DNA of 63,313 nt, filler included, from Stramenopiles sp. TOSAG23-2 (Eukaryota): NCBI GenBank assembly GCA_900128395.1. It is 9 parts of 9 records of this genome, joined end to end, with 100 filler letters (N's around TTAATTAATTAA, not from the genome) between each part and the next. Parts side by side here need not be neighbours in the genome. Positions count along the whole stretch, not along the records: positions 43,092 to 51,590 come from LT650198.1; positions 51,691 to 60,189 come from LT650199.1; 7 more parts are not named here. The stretch is one strand, 5' to 3'. The position numbers were made by a program, and so were the translations under genes. The notes under the pieces were generated by a model, which saw only the letters and a list, made by a program, of their open reading frames with translations, did not search any database and was not told the origin of the DNA. Positions 48,107 through 60,289 of this stretch are shown here, in pieces. Numbering within the stretch: the first letter of the stretch is position 1; every line of letters starts with the position of its first letter.

Positions 48107-51100
48107 TTACCTCCCTCCTTGATACAAATCAACGACTTCTTTACTAGTAGTAGCATTTTCAACGTTTTTATCATCACGTTCGCGAATTAAACGCGGAAAA
48201 CGCAATGCAACGCCTTTCTCATGACCAGTAAGATCTATCCCAGATGATACAAATCAACGACTTCTTTACTAGTAGTAGCATTTTCAACGTTTTTATCATC
48301 ACGTTCGCGAATTAAACGCGGAAAACGCAATGCAACGCCTTTCTCATGACCAGTAAGATCTATCCCAGATGTATGAACTGGTGATAATGATAATTCAGCA
48401 CCTTTTATTTCCCATACCACACTTGGTTTGAACCAAACATCGGGTATAGGTGTTGAACTACTTTCATGGAAACTATAATTCTCTGGAATCGTACTATTAG
48501 TTTGTGTTTGTAAATCTTCTTCGTTCTTTTCCTCTTGATCATCATGTTGATCATCGGCATCGTTTACCAACACTTCAAACGAATCATAAATGGATTTTAA
48601 TAGATCATCTGTAAAACCAGTACCAATTTTACATACCGTTTCATATTGATCATTCTCTGGGTTATACGATGCACATAAAAACGAACCATATACTTCATTT
48701 CGTTTACCTTTTCCTTTCCATGCTCCAATCGGTACAAGATCTAATGTATCTCCAAACCCATCGATATAATCATTTTTCAATTTTAACCATTTCGATGAAC
48801 GTTTGGATGGATTATATGTTGAGTGTAAATCTTTTAACATCAATCCTTCACAATTATTATTCACAGCATCTGTGATATATTGTTGCACAATAGATATAGC
48901 ATCGTCGTTGTCGTCGTGATTACTAGTATGAATTACTTCATTTATATCATCCGTATCATCATTATTCCCAATCTCTAAACAAACATGTTGTGATACTGAT
49001 GTCATAAATTTTCCATCAATATTTGTAAAATTACTTTCCAATATATTTCGTCTTTCTAAATATGTTTTATCTAACAATGATTCTCCATTATAATACAATA
49101 AATCAAATCCAATTGTTAATACTTGAATTGAAATATTGTCTTCTACAACGTTTTTACGTTGTCGTTTTGATAATGTTTGAAATGGTAATATTTCATTGGT
49201 ATTTACATCATATGCTACAATTTCACAATCCATTATGAATGATTTCGTCATCATTTTCATATTGTTATTGCTGTTGTTGTTGTTGTTGTTATCCATCCAT
49301 TCATTAGTATTTACATTATTTTTTATAAATGAAACAATATCAGGAAATCGACTTGTTGTATTTTCAAGATTACGTGAAAATAATTGTATATTAAATTTTG
49401 CATCATTGTCATCATCATCAACATTTATTATATCTGAGGTATCCTTTGTAAACATATGTAGTTGACATCTTTCACCATCATATTTATATTCACATGCAAA
49501 TTGTAATTTTTTATTATTAGTACTACCAGTAGTAGTAGTGGTGGTAGTAGTGATGGTACTACTTTCTGCTTCCACGTTTTCTTCTTCTTCGTTTTCAATA
49601 CTGGATATACCACTTTTACCATGTTGATTAGTTAAAATATCAATTGCATTTGTAATATTATGTGCTGGTCGAGATAACATTGGTTGTAATGGAATTCCAG
49701 GTCGTATGGAACATCGTTTTTCAACATTATCTATTGACATATGTATATTCCTATTTTCCATTAATGTTGATTCATTAACTAATGCTGGTATTAATATATC
49801 AAAACTTGGTGTTTTTGCAAATGCACTTTTTATAATTGATTGTGCATAATTAATTTCTTCTTGCAATTTTACATTTTTTCTTTTCCATTCTTTTTTTTCT
49901 TCACCATCTTCTATCTCTTCAATAATATTTATATTGTTAACATCTTCATAGTCCTCGTCGTCTTGATGTTCTTTTGATATCAAAACAAATGATTTTGCTA
50001 ATGCCATTAATATACTTTTATCTGCAACACCCATACGTAATTTACCTTCTAAACATCGTATTAAAAATTTAGCATCCATTTCATTCGAACATTGTTGTAA
50101 TAAATTGGCAATCATTGTTATTTTCAATGCTTGTGAATTTTTTCCAGTAGTCGTTGATATCGTTTGAAATGTTCGAAATACATCATTTATCGATAATACT
50201 GATATTGATGTATTTGTTTCAGTATTATATTTTTTAAATAATATCATAGCAACTTTTCCTAATTCTCCTTCAATTTTAAACATTTCATTGATTTCATCCA
50301 TATTGTCATCAATACATGTATGGTATGCTTCATAAATTGCTTTTTTAATCAAACCATTACCAACACCAGTTTCAATATTTTTAAATTGTGGTGCTAATTT
50401 ATTACATGTTAAATACACAATTTGTAATAAATTATCCGAAGGTAATGTATTATTATTGGATAGATTATTATCATTTTTCCAAACTCGTATGAAAAATGTT
50501 GATAATGTATTTACAATATCTAAACGACTATTTAATAATTCAATTTTATGAAATATATTTGTTAATTCGTTATATGGTATACTTGTACAACGATGCTCAT
50601 CTCGTTTTCGTTTACTTCCTGTTAAAAATGCTAATTGAAAATCTTTACTTAAATCGTTTGAAATTTCTTTTGTTGTAAAAATTTGACGGCCAGGTTGAAT
50701 TGCATTTCGTATTTTTGTATCAATATCTTCTTTGAAATATTCACATGTTTTAATTATATTTGATGTTTCAAATGCAATACCCCAGAGATACGTTTTATAA
50801 TCTAATTCTTCTTTTTGCATTTTTTCATTTAATTTCTTTTCATCAGGGCCAAATATTTCTAATAATAGACCACCATCATTACAGTAATAAAATAACTGTT
50901 CCGTACCTGGATATGATGATTTTGTAGATGCTAATATTAAACCAAAATCTTCTAATTCTTTTTTTACAAGGTTATTATTATTTGTACGAATAACTAAATG
51001 ATCGACTCTACTTACATGATTTGAATGAAGTATCATAGGTGGTGGTGATATTGTTGAATACAATTTTTCCTTTAATGGATCTATTTTGTAATTGAATAAT

Positions 51101-51540
51101 TTATTGTTGTTTGCATTATTGTCGTATTGATTTGTTATATCATACCAACTTAAACTGTGAATTGGCGAGGGTTCGTTATTATTATTATTATTATTATTTT
51201 GAATGTCATTATTATTATTCGTCTCATTATTGATAATTATTTGTAAATTTCCACAATTGATTATGTTATCATTGTTTACATGAAATCCAGCTTTTTGCCA
51301 TGCTTTTACATTGCTATTGATGGTTAGAAATAATAATTCCGGTTTGTTTGTATGGTTTGCTAAGTTTAAATAGTTTGAAAATGCGGTGGTTGGTTTGTTG
51401 CTTTTATTTGAGGATGATAATTTCCTACATTTTAAATGGTTAAATTTGGTAATTGGGGATTTGTGAAGATGATATTTTGAAAATGTTATGACGGATTGTG
51501 AAAGGAATCTATGGCGGTGTATATATTGTTGGAGATGCAT
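48107..51540 (-). CDS. DNA ligase I-family (Cdc9-like) enzyme with N-terminal glyoxalase/VOC-like domain and probable mitochondrial presequence; true stop probably at 48107-48109 after collapsing a 125-bp duplication
   Basis: FLIRCLEGKLRMG, PLQPMLS, CEYKYDGERCQLH, FSRNLEN, FDLLYYNG, EGLMLK, KWLKLKNDY, DLVPIGAW.G.GKR, CKIGTGF, LRFPR.IR.RDDK. N-terminal HSNHVSRVDHLVIRT..LLEIFGP..LWGIAF..AIQPGRQI. Confidence 0.9.
48121..48370 (+). repeat. Exact 125-bp tandem duplication at the ligase 3' end (likely assembly artefact)
   Basis: 48121-48245 is identical to 48246-48370; it changes the terminus from DLYQGGR* to DLYHLG*. Confidence 0.95.
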
Positions 51541-51794
51541 GATGTGGGACGTGGGTTGGGGGGGAAATTGGAAATGTTTTACGTATATATNNNNNNNNNN
51601 NNNNNNNNNNNNNNNNNNNNNNNNNNNNNNNNNNTTAATTAATTAANNNNNNNNNNNNNNNNNNNNNNNNNNNNNNNNNNNNNNNNNNNNATAAGAATCA
51701 CCATATTCAAGAGAAATTTAGCGATTTTTTAAAGAATTATCCTGGTTAGCCATATAGGTTAGCAGCAAAAACCGCTTTCAATTTCTGATACATG

Positions 51795-51871
51795 TAGTCG
51801 GAACACACGACGCTCAGCAATATAAATTTCTGAATTTATATTATTAATATGAGCGTCGTGTGTTCCGACTA
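51795..51871. repeat. Long hairpin: perfect 22-bp outer stem plus 10-bp inner stem
   Basis: tagtcggaacacacgacgctca (51795-51816) / tgagcgtcgtgtgttccgacta (51850-51871); inner aatataaatt/aatttatatt. Confidence 0.9.
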
Positions 51872-52276
51872 TTTCTGAATATGAAAAAGTTAACCAATAA
51901 TGAATATCTCAGAACAGTATGACGAACGTGTGCAAAACCCACTGCACAATACAAATATTAAAAAGTAGAGAGGATTTTTATCGGTGTTTTCATTGTCCAT
52001 CTTTCACTATTAGAGAGAGAGAGAGATTATTGCCTCAGTTACATTTTATATTCTTTTTGGTAGTATTAGGGATTATCTCATGTGTGAGCAAAATTTAAAA
52101 AAGATAAAAGTATTGCGTACAATTTGAATAGATATTATAAAATATTTTTTAAAGCGGACTTTTGTATTTTCTTGTATATATGTTTATACCGTTCAGGTAT
52201 ATCAGTTGCAAAGTCAAACAAAATATACGCGCCGTTGTTTTGATCATACTTTGTCGAAAATCCATTCGTCATTGGC

Positions 52277-53350
52277 CTAACATCTTTTAATCCAATGTAT
52301 TAGCGGTTTGCCTAACGTCTCTTCCCATCCGCTGTCAATGGCACAGTGCGCTTGTTTGGGCACACGCAACAGCTCAGCCCCAATGTAATGTGTGAGAAGC
52401 CAATTGGTGTGGGGTTCTGGGTAACACCGGTCATCTTCAAACTGTACAACAAGCAGTCGCTCTATACTGCCTAATCTATTGGGGACTTCTTTTCGACCCC
52501 ATTTGTATACGTTTGATACGTAAGTCGGCCATCCATCAGCAGGTCTCGCTCGAAGAAGTCGGAGATAATTTTGTATGGAAATGACCTTCCCTGTCACAGA
52601 AACCTCCGAAGTCTCAAAGTGGGCAAACATGGCTTGGAGTGCCACCACATCACCTGGAGGAGGGCTCATGGTAAGCACCATTCGCAAGTACGGTAGCCAT
52701 CCCGCACTGGAGACGACGGAGGAACGAACGCTTGACGCTGTCAGGTCCACAAGATCTTTTTGACCAAGGGCACCTGTTCCGAGAAGCACTGCGCCACAAA
52801 TAGGTGGGAGACTGGTGCTTGGCACTGTATGAAGTAAGTCCTGAAGAATGAGCCCACCTTGCGAGTGACCCACGAGCACGAGGCGTTTGCCCTGTGGCAA
52901 CGATGCCAGCGCCCCTGCGACGTCTTTCACGTGTTGGTCCAAACCTACCGTCAGGCCCGAGTTCAACGTTACAGCGTATGAACCGATGCCCTCGTCGGCC
53001 AACTTCTTTTGCAAGTCACGAAAATACCATGCACCGTGCCACATTCCATGTACAAAAACCACAGAGAGGCCTGGAGTTTCTGCCCCTTCTTTCCCCTTTG
53101 CTGCTGAAGTGCGTGCCCTTGGAAACACTTGGACAGCTGAGAGGGGACCAAGCCGAACACTACGTTCCCGGTCTACCGACTCGTGCAATACGAACGTCTT
53201 GAGGAGGTCCGAGGTCTCGTCCATAACTTTAGGTCGGCGAAGAAAATACCACAGCGCAGCTGCCGCAACTGCCGTCGCTGTTGCTGTCATAGCCGAAACG
53301 GGAAATCGGTGTTGTGAAAAAGGGAGTGCGTCTAGATTTAGTAAAGCCAT
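52277..53350 (-). CDS. Alpha/beta hydrolase (GxSxG esterase/lipase type) with N-terminal membrane anchor; GC-rich
   Basis: VFVHGMWHGAWYF, LVGHSQGG, EDDR and QAH catalytic triad candidates. Confidence 0.88.
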   Translation of the reverse strand: MALLNLDALPFSQHRFPVSAMTATATAVAAAALWYFLRRPKVMDETSDLLKTFVLHESVDRERSVRLGPLSAVQVFPRARTSAAKGKEGAETPGLSVVFVHGMWHGAWYFRDLQKKLADEGIGSYAVTLNSGLTVGLDQHVKDVAGALASLPQGKRLVLVGHSQGGLILQDLLHTVPSTSLPPICGAVLLGTGALGQKDLVDLTASSVRSSVVSSAGWLPYLRMVLTMSPPPGDVVALQAMFAHFETSEVSVTGKVISIQNYLRLLRARPADGWPTYVSNVYKWGRKEVPNRLGSIERLLVVQFEDDRCYPEPHTNWLLTHYIGAELLRVPKQAHCAIDSGWEETLGKPLIHWIKRC

Positions 53351-54057
53351 GGTCTACGATAATAATGGAACTTTACTATATACGGCACAATAATAATTAA
53401 AATGATTAGATACAAAGACTAAGTAAATGTTGTTCCTTTGAATCTTTTTTGTGCCAAATCCGTATGAAGCTTCCCTGGGTCATATAAAAGATGCCCTGAC
53501 AGTTTCACTACCATACACAATGTCTGAATACTTTGTTCAAGAATATTTTTAATTTTGATATATCCTCATGTAGTAATTATGGATATTGATTATGTTGAAA
53601 ATGATGAAATTTGATGGAAAATATGCGAGAATTAATCAGAAGTTTAATGATGTGTAGTTTTGAAGGAAAGATTAAGATGGAGTTAGTATCGAGACGAATA
53701 TGATTGATTTTTTACAAGTATTAATAGTAGTAAATACATAGACGTTATTTTATTGGCACATTGTAATTATTAATATTTATTTTTTTTATATATTGATCCA
53801 ATCCTTCTGCACTTCTCTCGTGTTGCTCGTCGTCGATGTGATTTATATATATATATAAATAAATATATAACATACTCCATACCACACATCGTGACATTGT
53901 CGCGTGTAATTAAAGTGGCAAAACACTGATCTCGTGGGAATTTGGTGATATTCATTTTTGTATATATATATTTTTTTGTATTTGTATCATTTTTGTATAA
54001 AAAGTTGCTGCAAACTGTCGTCGTAAATAAATTTGGTATAAAACAATTATAATCACG

Positions 54058-57000
54058 ATGGCAACATTGTCTGATCCAACGCAAACTTATCAAACTGGGT
54101 TTGATCCAAATACAGGTCTTTTTTTCTATTTAAACAATTTAACTGGCGAAACGTCGTGGGAAGAGCCAGAAGCATTACGACTGCCGCAAAATTATCAACG
54201 TGGCTTCGATGTAAATACTGGTAGAGTGTATTATGGAAATGCACTTACTGGTGAAGTTAGTTGGGAATTCCCAGTACAACAACAACAGCAAGAACGGGGT
54301 GGAGGAAGTGTATGGGAAGTCAATGTGGATGCAGATGGGGTAACTTTTTATTATAATACGATTACACAAGAAAGCCAATGGGATCCCCCCCCTGAATTGG
54401 CACAAGAACAGAATTTTTTTGACCAACAGCAGGACGCACGACCGTTATCACGCGGCTCAAGTGGACCACCTGGTTCCAGGCCTGGATCAAAGAGAAGACG
54501 ACGTCGTAGGAAACGAGCAGGTACTCCTGGTTCACAACAGGAAGATGAGGCGCCTATGCTGAATGATAATGATAATCCAGCAAATTGGGAAATTAATCAA
54601 GATGATGATGGGAGAACTTTTTATTATAATTTAATTACAGGTCAAACACAATGGGATGAACCTGAAGCATTGCAATTACCACCTGGTTGGGTCATGGAGA
54701 TCGATGAACAGTCGGGGAATGAATTTTATTTCAATGATAATACAGGTGAATCCTCATGGGAACGTCCCATGCGCAAACCCAGTGGAAATAATAGACGGAA
54801 AAAACGTGGCAGTGGAGGAAATGCTGGTAGTAAAATGGAAATGGACCGTTCAGAAATGACAGAAAAACAAATACAAGCATTAGATTGGGAAATATCAAAA
54901 GATGGAGCAGGGAATCCAATTTATATAAATATAAAGACCGGAGAAATGGAAATGGAGAAGCCTGAATGTTTAGTTAGTAGTGAAGATGAAAATGGGGAGG
55001 ATGAAGGTGAAGTAATATCGGAAGAAGAACAGGGTCTACGAGCTATGACTGAAGATGATTGGGAATTAGTTAGAGAAAATTCTGAAGTAACATTTGTTTG
55101 GGGAGATTGGGAAACATATATTCATTTAGGTAAACCGGAGAAATATGATGCTGTTCAAAAAAAGGAATATGAGAAACGGATTAAAGAAATGGAAAAAAAG
55201 CGAGAAGAAATGTTAAAAGTTCGGGCAAAGCGATTGAAGGATACAGAAAAGCGACGGGAAGAAGAAGATAAAAAAATGGCTAAAATGACATTGCGAATGA
55301 AACGGGAGTTAAAAAAGAAACGCGAGAAAGAAAATCAAGAGGAGGAAAAAATACAACAAGAAGAAGACGAGGCTGCTGTCCCTGATCCTCAAAAAAAATA
55401 TCCACCCGTCGTTAAAGGATTTAAATTTTGGTACCATATTAAAGAAGATCGTTGTACATATGAAGATCCAATATTACTTGGCTGGTCGGATGGCAGTACG
55501 GATGGAGATGAAAGTACAGATGCACCATCAGATTATGAAACAACAGAAGAAAAAACGAAGCGTGAGGAATTGGAAGCTGAATTGAGCGTTAAAATTGAAG
55601 AAGTGAAAGAATTAAATGAAGCGTTTGAAACAATTGAAAATGAAGAGGAAAAAGACGATTATGAAGATGTGGATGGAAAAGATGCAGAGAGAAAAAAAGA
55701 ATTATCTACTAAAATTGTTGAATTTAATAAAGAAATTAACGAAATTCATCAAAAAATCAAAGAAGTTAAGGAAGCATGGATACGTGCATTAGAAGAGAAA
55801 GAGGAACAAGACAAGCTAGCTGGGAAGAAAATGGAAGAGGAAGATGAAGGGAAAAAAAAAGAAGAATCCAAAATTGGGGAAGATGGAAAACCAATACGAA
55901 GACGAAGAATTAAACGAAGGGTACGCCGACGGAGAGATCATTATGGTGATTGGAGACCAATACCAAAACCTCCAATACGAAGAACCGATAAAAAAGTAAA
56001 TCGTTGTTTTTCACATCCACAACGATATTTAGATTTGACACGTCAAAATTTGATAAAATTACCGAAACGTATCTTGAAACAAACACATTCCGTTGTGAAG
56101 CATATAGCATTTGTCGGTAATAGCTTAAAAAAAATATCAAATGACGATATTAATAATATGTTTGTTCCTATGAGAAACATCAATGTATTAGACTTGAATC
56201 GAAATTTTTTGAAACACTTGCCATCGGATATTTATAAATTGAAAACGTTACGAGCTATATCTTGTGGATACAATAGATTAGAAGAGATACCAAATAGTAT
56301 ATTTCTATTGACAAATCTGACCGCGTTAAGTTTCAACCAGAACTCATTGCATAAATTTGATGCAGAATTGGGTGTACAAACTATGCGTGTATATAAAGTA
56401 TGGGAAATTAATATTGGTGGATTAACAAATTTAACAAGTTTAAATTTAGCAAATAATCACTTTAGCACACTTCCAACACATCACGAGTCGCAGCAAAGAG
56501 ATGCGCAATTTGGTGATTTGAAAGCTTTGACATATTTAAATTTCAGTGTTAATAAATTTGAACAATTGCCGGACGAAGAATTTTCACGCTTAGTATCATT
56601 AACAGATTTGAATTTTAATGAAAATTTATTTGAAACAATGCCGTCGTCTATATGTGAACTTCGATGCATGGAAAAGTTATATTTTGCATATAATAGATTA
56701 CATAGTATTCATGACAACATTGGAAACTTAAAGTATTTGAGAAAATTAATTTTAAAGAAGAACCAACTTGTTGAGCTACCAAATTCATTTCGTAATTGCG
56801 AATCATTAACATTGTTAGATGTAAGTTTCAATAATTTAACAGTCTTGCCAGATTTTGTAAAAATGGATTCATTAGTAGATTTAAATTTTCAAAATAACGA
56901 GATTGAAAGAATACCAGATTCATTTTCAGGATTAAAGTCGTTACAAATATTAAATGGTTCTCATAATAAACTTGAATGGATCTCACCTAAGATAAAAGCA

Positions 57001-58646
57001 ATGAGAAAAATTATAGATATCGATTTGTCATATAATACAATTGTTCATGATGGATTGCCAGCAAAATCATTTGAATCGATGATTGAATTGAAAAAGTTGA
57101 ATTTAACACACAATGAAATAAAGGAGGTACCAAATGGTAAGTAAGAACGATACATCTTTCCACCACATGCACATACGTACATATTGCATATGCAGACAAA
57201 ACATACATACAACATTAGATCTTAGCTAACTTATTACATACTCTTGTAACATATACTATAAATGTAATAGGTTGGGGCACAGCATTGACCAATCTAGAAG
57301 ATTTAGATGTATCCTATAATAACATTGAAAAAATTGCATATGATATTGGGGAAATGGCATCATTAACAAATTTTAATTTGTACAGTAATAACCTCACTGT
57401 ATTACCGACAACTATTGGAAATTTACCGAAGTTAATGACGTTAAATTTAGGTGTAAATCAATTGGAAGAGCTACCAGAGGAAATGCGGATGTTAGTAACA
57501 TTGCATGGGATACTTGATTTGAGTGACAATAAATTTAATCAACGTCCAGATTTTGTTTGGCATTTAAAGGGCTTAAAGCATGTAATAATGAGTGGAAATC
57601 CACTTCAAGTCTTGTCTACAAGTTTTACAGTACATATGGTACGCGCCGATACTGCATTTGGCGATGGTAACTACGAAGAGGCAATCATGCACTATACTCG
57701 AGTATTGGATGTAGATCCAAGAAATATTGAAGCGATTGGAAAACGAGGAATGATTTATCATCGTTTAAACCGTACTGACGACGCTATCGATGATCTGACA
57801 AGAGCTATTGATATAGAATTTCAAGATCCTAGTTTATTTTATAATCGCGGTATGTTGTATATTCAATTAGATAAGCCCAAGGAAGCTTTATTTGATTTCA
57901 TGCAAGCATTGGATCGAAATCCAGAGTTTCAATCTGCCATGTTAGGTCAAGCAGAGGCATATAATATGATTGGTCAATTTGATACAGCAATACAAAAATG
58001 CAAACAAGCCATGGGAGATTTAAAAGTATACGAAGATTGGAAAACGAGTGAAACAGTGACTACTTGCTTAGCTACATGTGGATATGCTTACTTTCGACGT
58101 GGTTCACCACCAAAAGCATTAGGTATGTTTGATAATTTATTGGAGCGGGGTTATGATAACCCACGTAAAATTATGCTATATCGTGGTTTATGCTTTCGTG
58201 ATATGGATAAATTTAAAGATGCAATAGAATGTTTTACGGAAATCATTTCATTTTACGATGAAAACCCAGAGAAATTAACGGACGGTGATGGTGAACATGT
58301 AAGGCCAGAAGAGGCACAAGAATCCTATCGAATGGCATTGTTAAATCGTTCAGCAACGTATGGTTCAATGAATAAGGAGAAGTTAGCAAATAAAGATTAT
58401 GAACGTGTATATCAAAGAGAACCAACGGAAGAAATATTAAAATTAGTTGAGGAGGCACGTGCGAAAAAAGAAGCGATAATAAAGAAAAAAAAGGAAGATA
58501 TGCAGCGCAGAATAGAAGCCCAAAATAAGCGTATTGAAGAACAAAAAGCAATAATGAGAAAAAGAGAGAAAGAAATGGATGGAGATAATCATAATAAGAA
58601 AAAACATGATGGAAAGCATCATCATAAGAAGCATCATAAAAAATGA
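54058..58646 (+). CDS. Multi-WW / coiled-coil / LRR / TPR scaffold protein; exons 54058-57136 and 57271-58646 (1484 aa)
   Basis: WW-like repeats (FYYN..TG.TQW..P), many LxxLxLxxNxL repeats, TPRs (AIMHYTRVLDVDP, YNRGMLY). Phase-1 intron 57137-57270 (gtaagt..gctaac..atag) gives VPN-GWGTALTNL. Confidence 0.88.
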
Positions 58647-59062
58647 TAAGAGATTAAAAATTTCTCTCGGTAAAAAATTCTGGATTTTAATTTTTCTAGA
58701 AGATAGAGATACATCATATGGTTCATAATTATGTTTATATACTCGTAATGTAACATCAAATCATATATATATATACTCGTATATATATATATATACTCGT
58801 ATATACGTCGTATATTATATACTTGGTAAAAAAATATTATATAAAAAAATACGAATATATTAATAAAATATTTTAAAATATTAAAAATATTGTTAATTCG
58901 TAAAAATTTGTCTCCAAAATATTTCAGTATATGTGTATATTAAAATAGTTTTTTTTTCCATCACACCGAACTAAATCAGCATTGCACAGTATCGTATTTA
59001 TTAAATTGGTCTTTGTTATGCTATATTTGTACACATGTATAAACAGCAACAAAATTGACATC

Positions 59063-59429
59063 TTAATCATTTTTCAAGTCTCCATTATCTTTCCCAACGT
59101 AATTACCATATTTATCGAAACAGTTTGCTTTACCACCATATGAACGAATGAGTGAAATAATATCATTTTTAATTGGACTATAACAATTATGTGCAATATC
59201 AAGGGGCAGCATATAATTTATTAATCATATCTTTTACACTTGTTCCGGTCGATTCATCATCATGTGCTAATACAAATAAGCTTACGTCAGTTAAATTCCC
59301 TTTTTCACATGCAGATAACAATGGTTCAGACCTTTTATTATATTTAATCTTTAATCGAACGATAACGTCATTTAATCCATCATGTAATGTTGTTAAATCT
59401 TTTTTCATGTTATCATATTCAATTTTCAA
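59063..59429 (-). pseudogene. Internally deleted, frameshifted ankyrin-repeat gene remnant
   Basis: PLLSACEKGNLTDV in one frame, then PLDIAHNCYSPIKNDIISLIRSYGGKAN...GDLKND* in another. No start seen. Confidence 0.6.
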
Positions 59430-59738
59430 TTTTTTATTATCATGTTGATAATATAAGAGGAAAATGCTGTTATCTTGTATCGCAATATATATGTATGTAT
59501 ATATAATAGTCTATAATATGTCTCTCTCTGGATAAAATGCTGTGAATACAAATATCAATGGAGCGGATATATAGTTATGTATATATACTGTATCACAACA
59601 AAATGAAATCGAATTACGATGTTTGGTCATACATCTGTTTTCTATCTTATGATATATAAATAAACAATCATCATTTTATATTATTTTCATTCACGACGAC
59701 GTCTGAATGTGATCTAGCATGGCAATAAAGTAGTATTA

Positions 59739-60007
59739 GAGTAGGTGACTTTTAAAATGAACAATTTCCACCTCCGCCGAGTTCACCTCTGACGAAGTAA
59801 ATTTCATCCAATTCTCATCTTTACCAAAATTTACTAAAATTAGTATATTTCATTCATTTTCTATCATATTACTCAATTAATACATGAAATATAATTATTT
59901 AGCATATTTTCGTATTTGGTCAAAAAAGTGTCTAATTTAAGGTAAATATCACGGCGGAGGTGAGCTCAGCGGAGGTGGAAATTGTTCATTTTAAATGTCA
60001 CCTGCTC
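59739..60007. mobile_element. MITE-like non-autonomous element, 269 bp, with about 56-bp imperfect TIRs starting GAG
   Basis: Left end gagtaggtgacttttaaaatgaacaatttccacctccgccgagttcacctc. Reverse complement of right end gagcaggtgacatttaaaatgaacaatttccacctccgctgagctcacctc. AT-rich core; no TSD seen. Confidence 0.8.
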
Positions 60008-60289
60008 CCACCCGTAAAATGACCTCCGCGCAGTTGTTTTAGACAAAAAAATACACGGTAAACGCACGATGTATTATTATAGAAACATCGAGATACAAAT
60101 ACAGAAAGAAAAGGAAGAAGAAGTAGATTATTGAAAGGAAAAAAATAAAGAAAGAAATATATAATACGAAATAAAAAATAATCTCATTTNNNNNNNNNNN
60201 NNNNNNNNNNNNNNNNNNNNNNNNNNNNNNNNNTTAATTAATTAANNNNNNNNNNNNNNNNNNNNNNNNNNNNNNNNNNNNNNNNNNNN

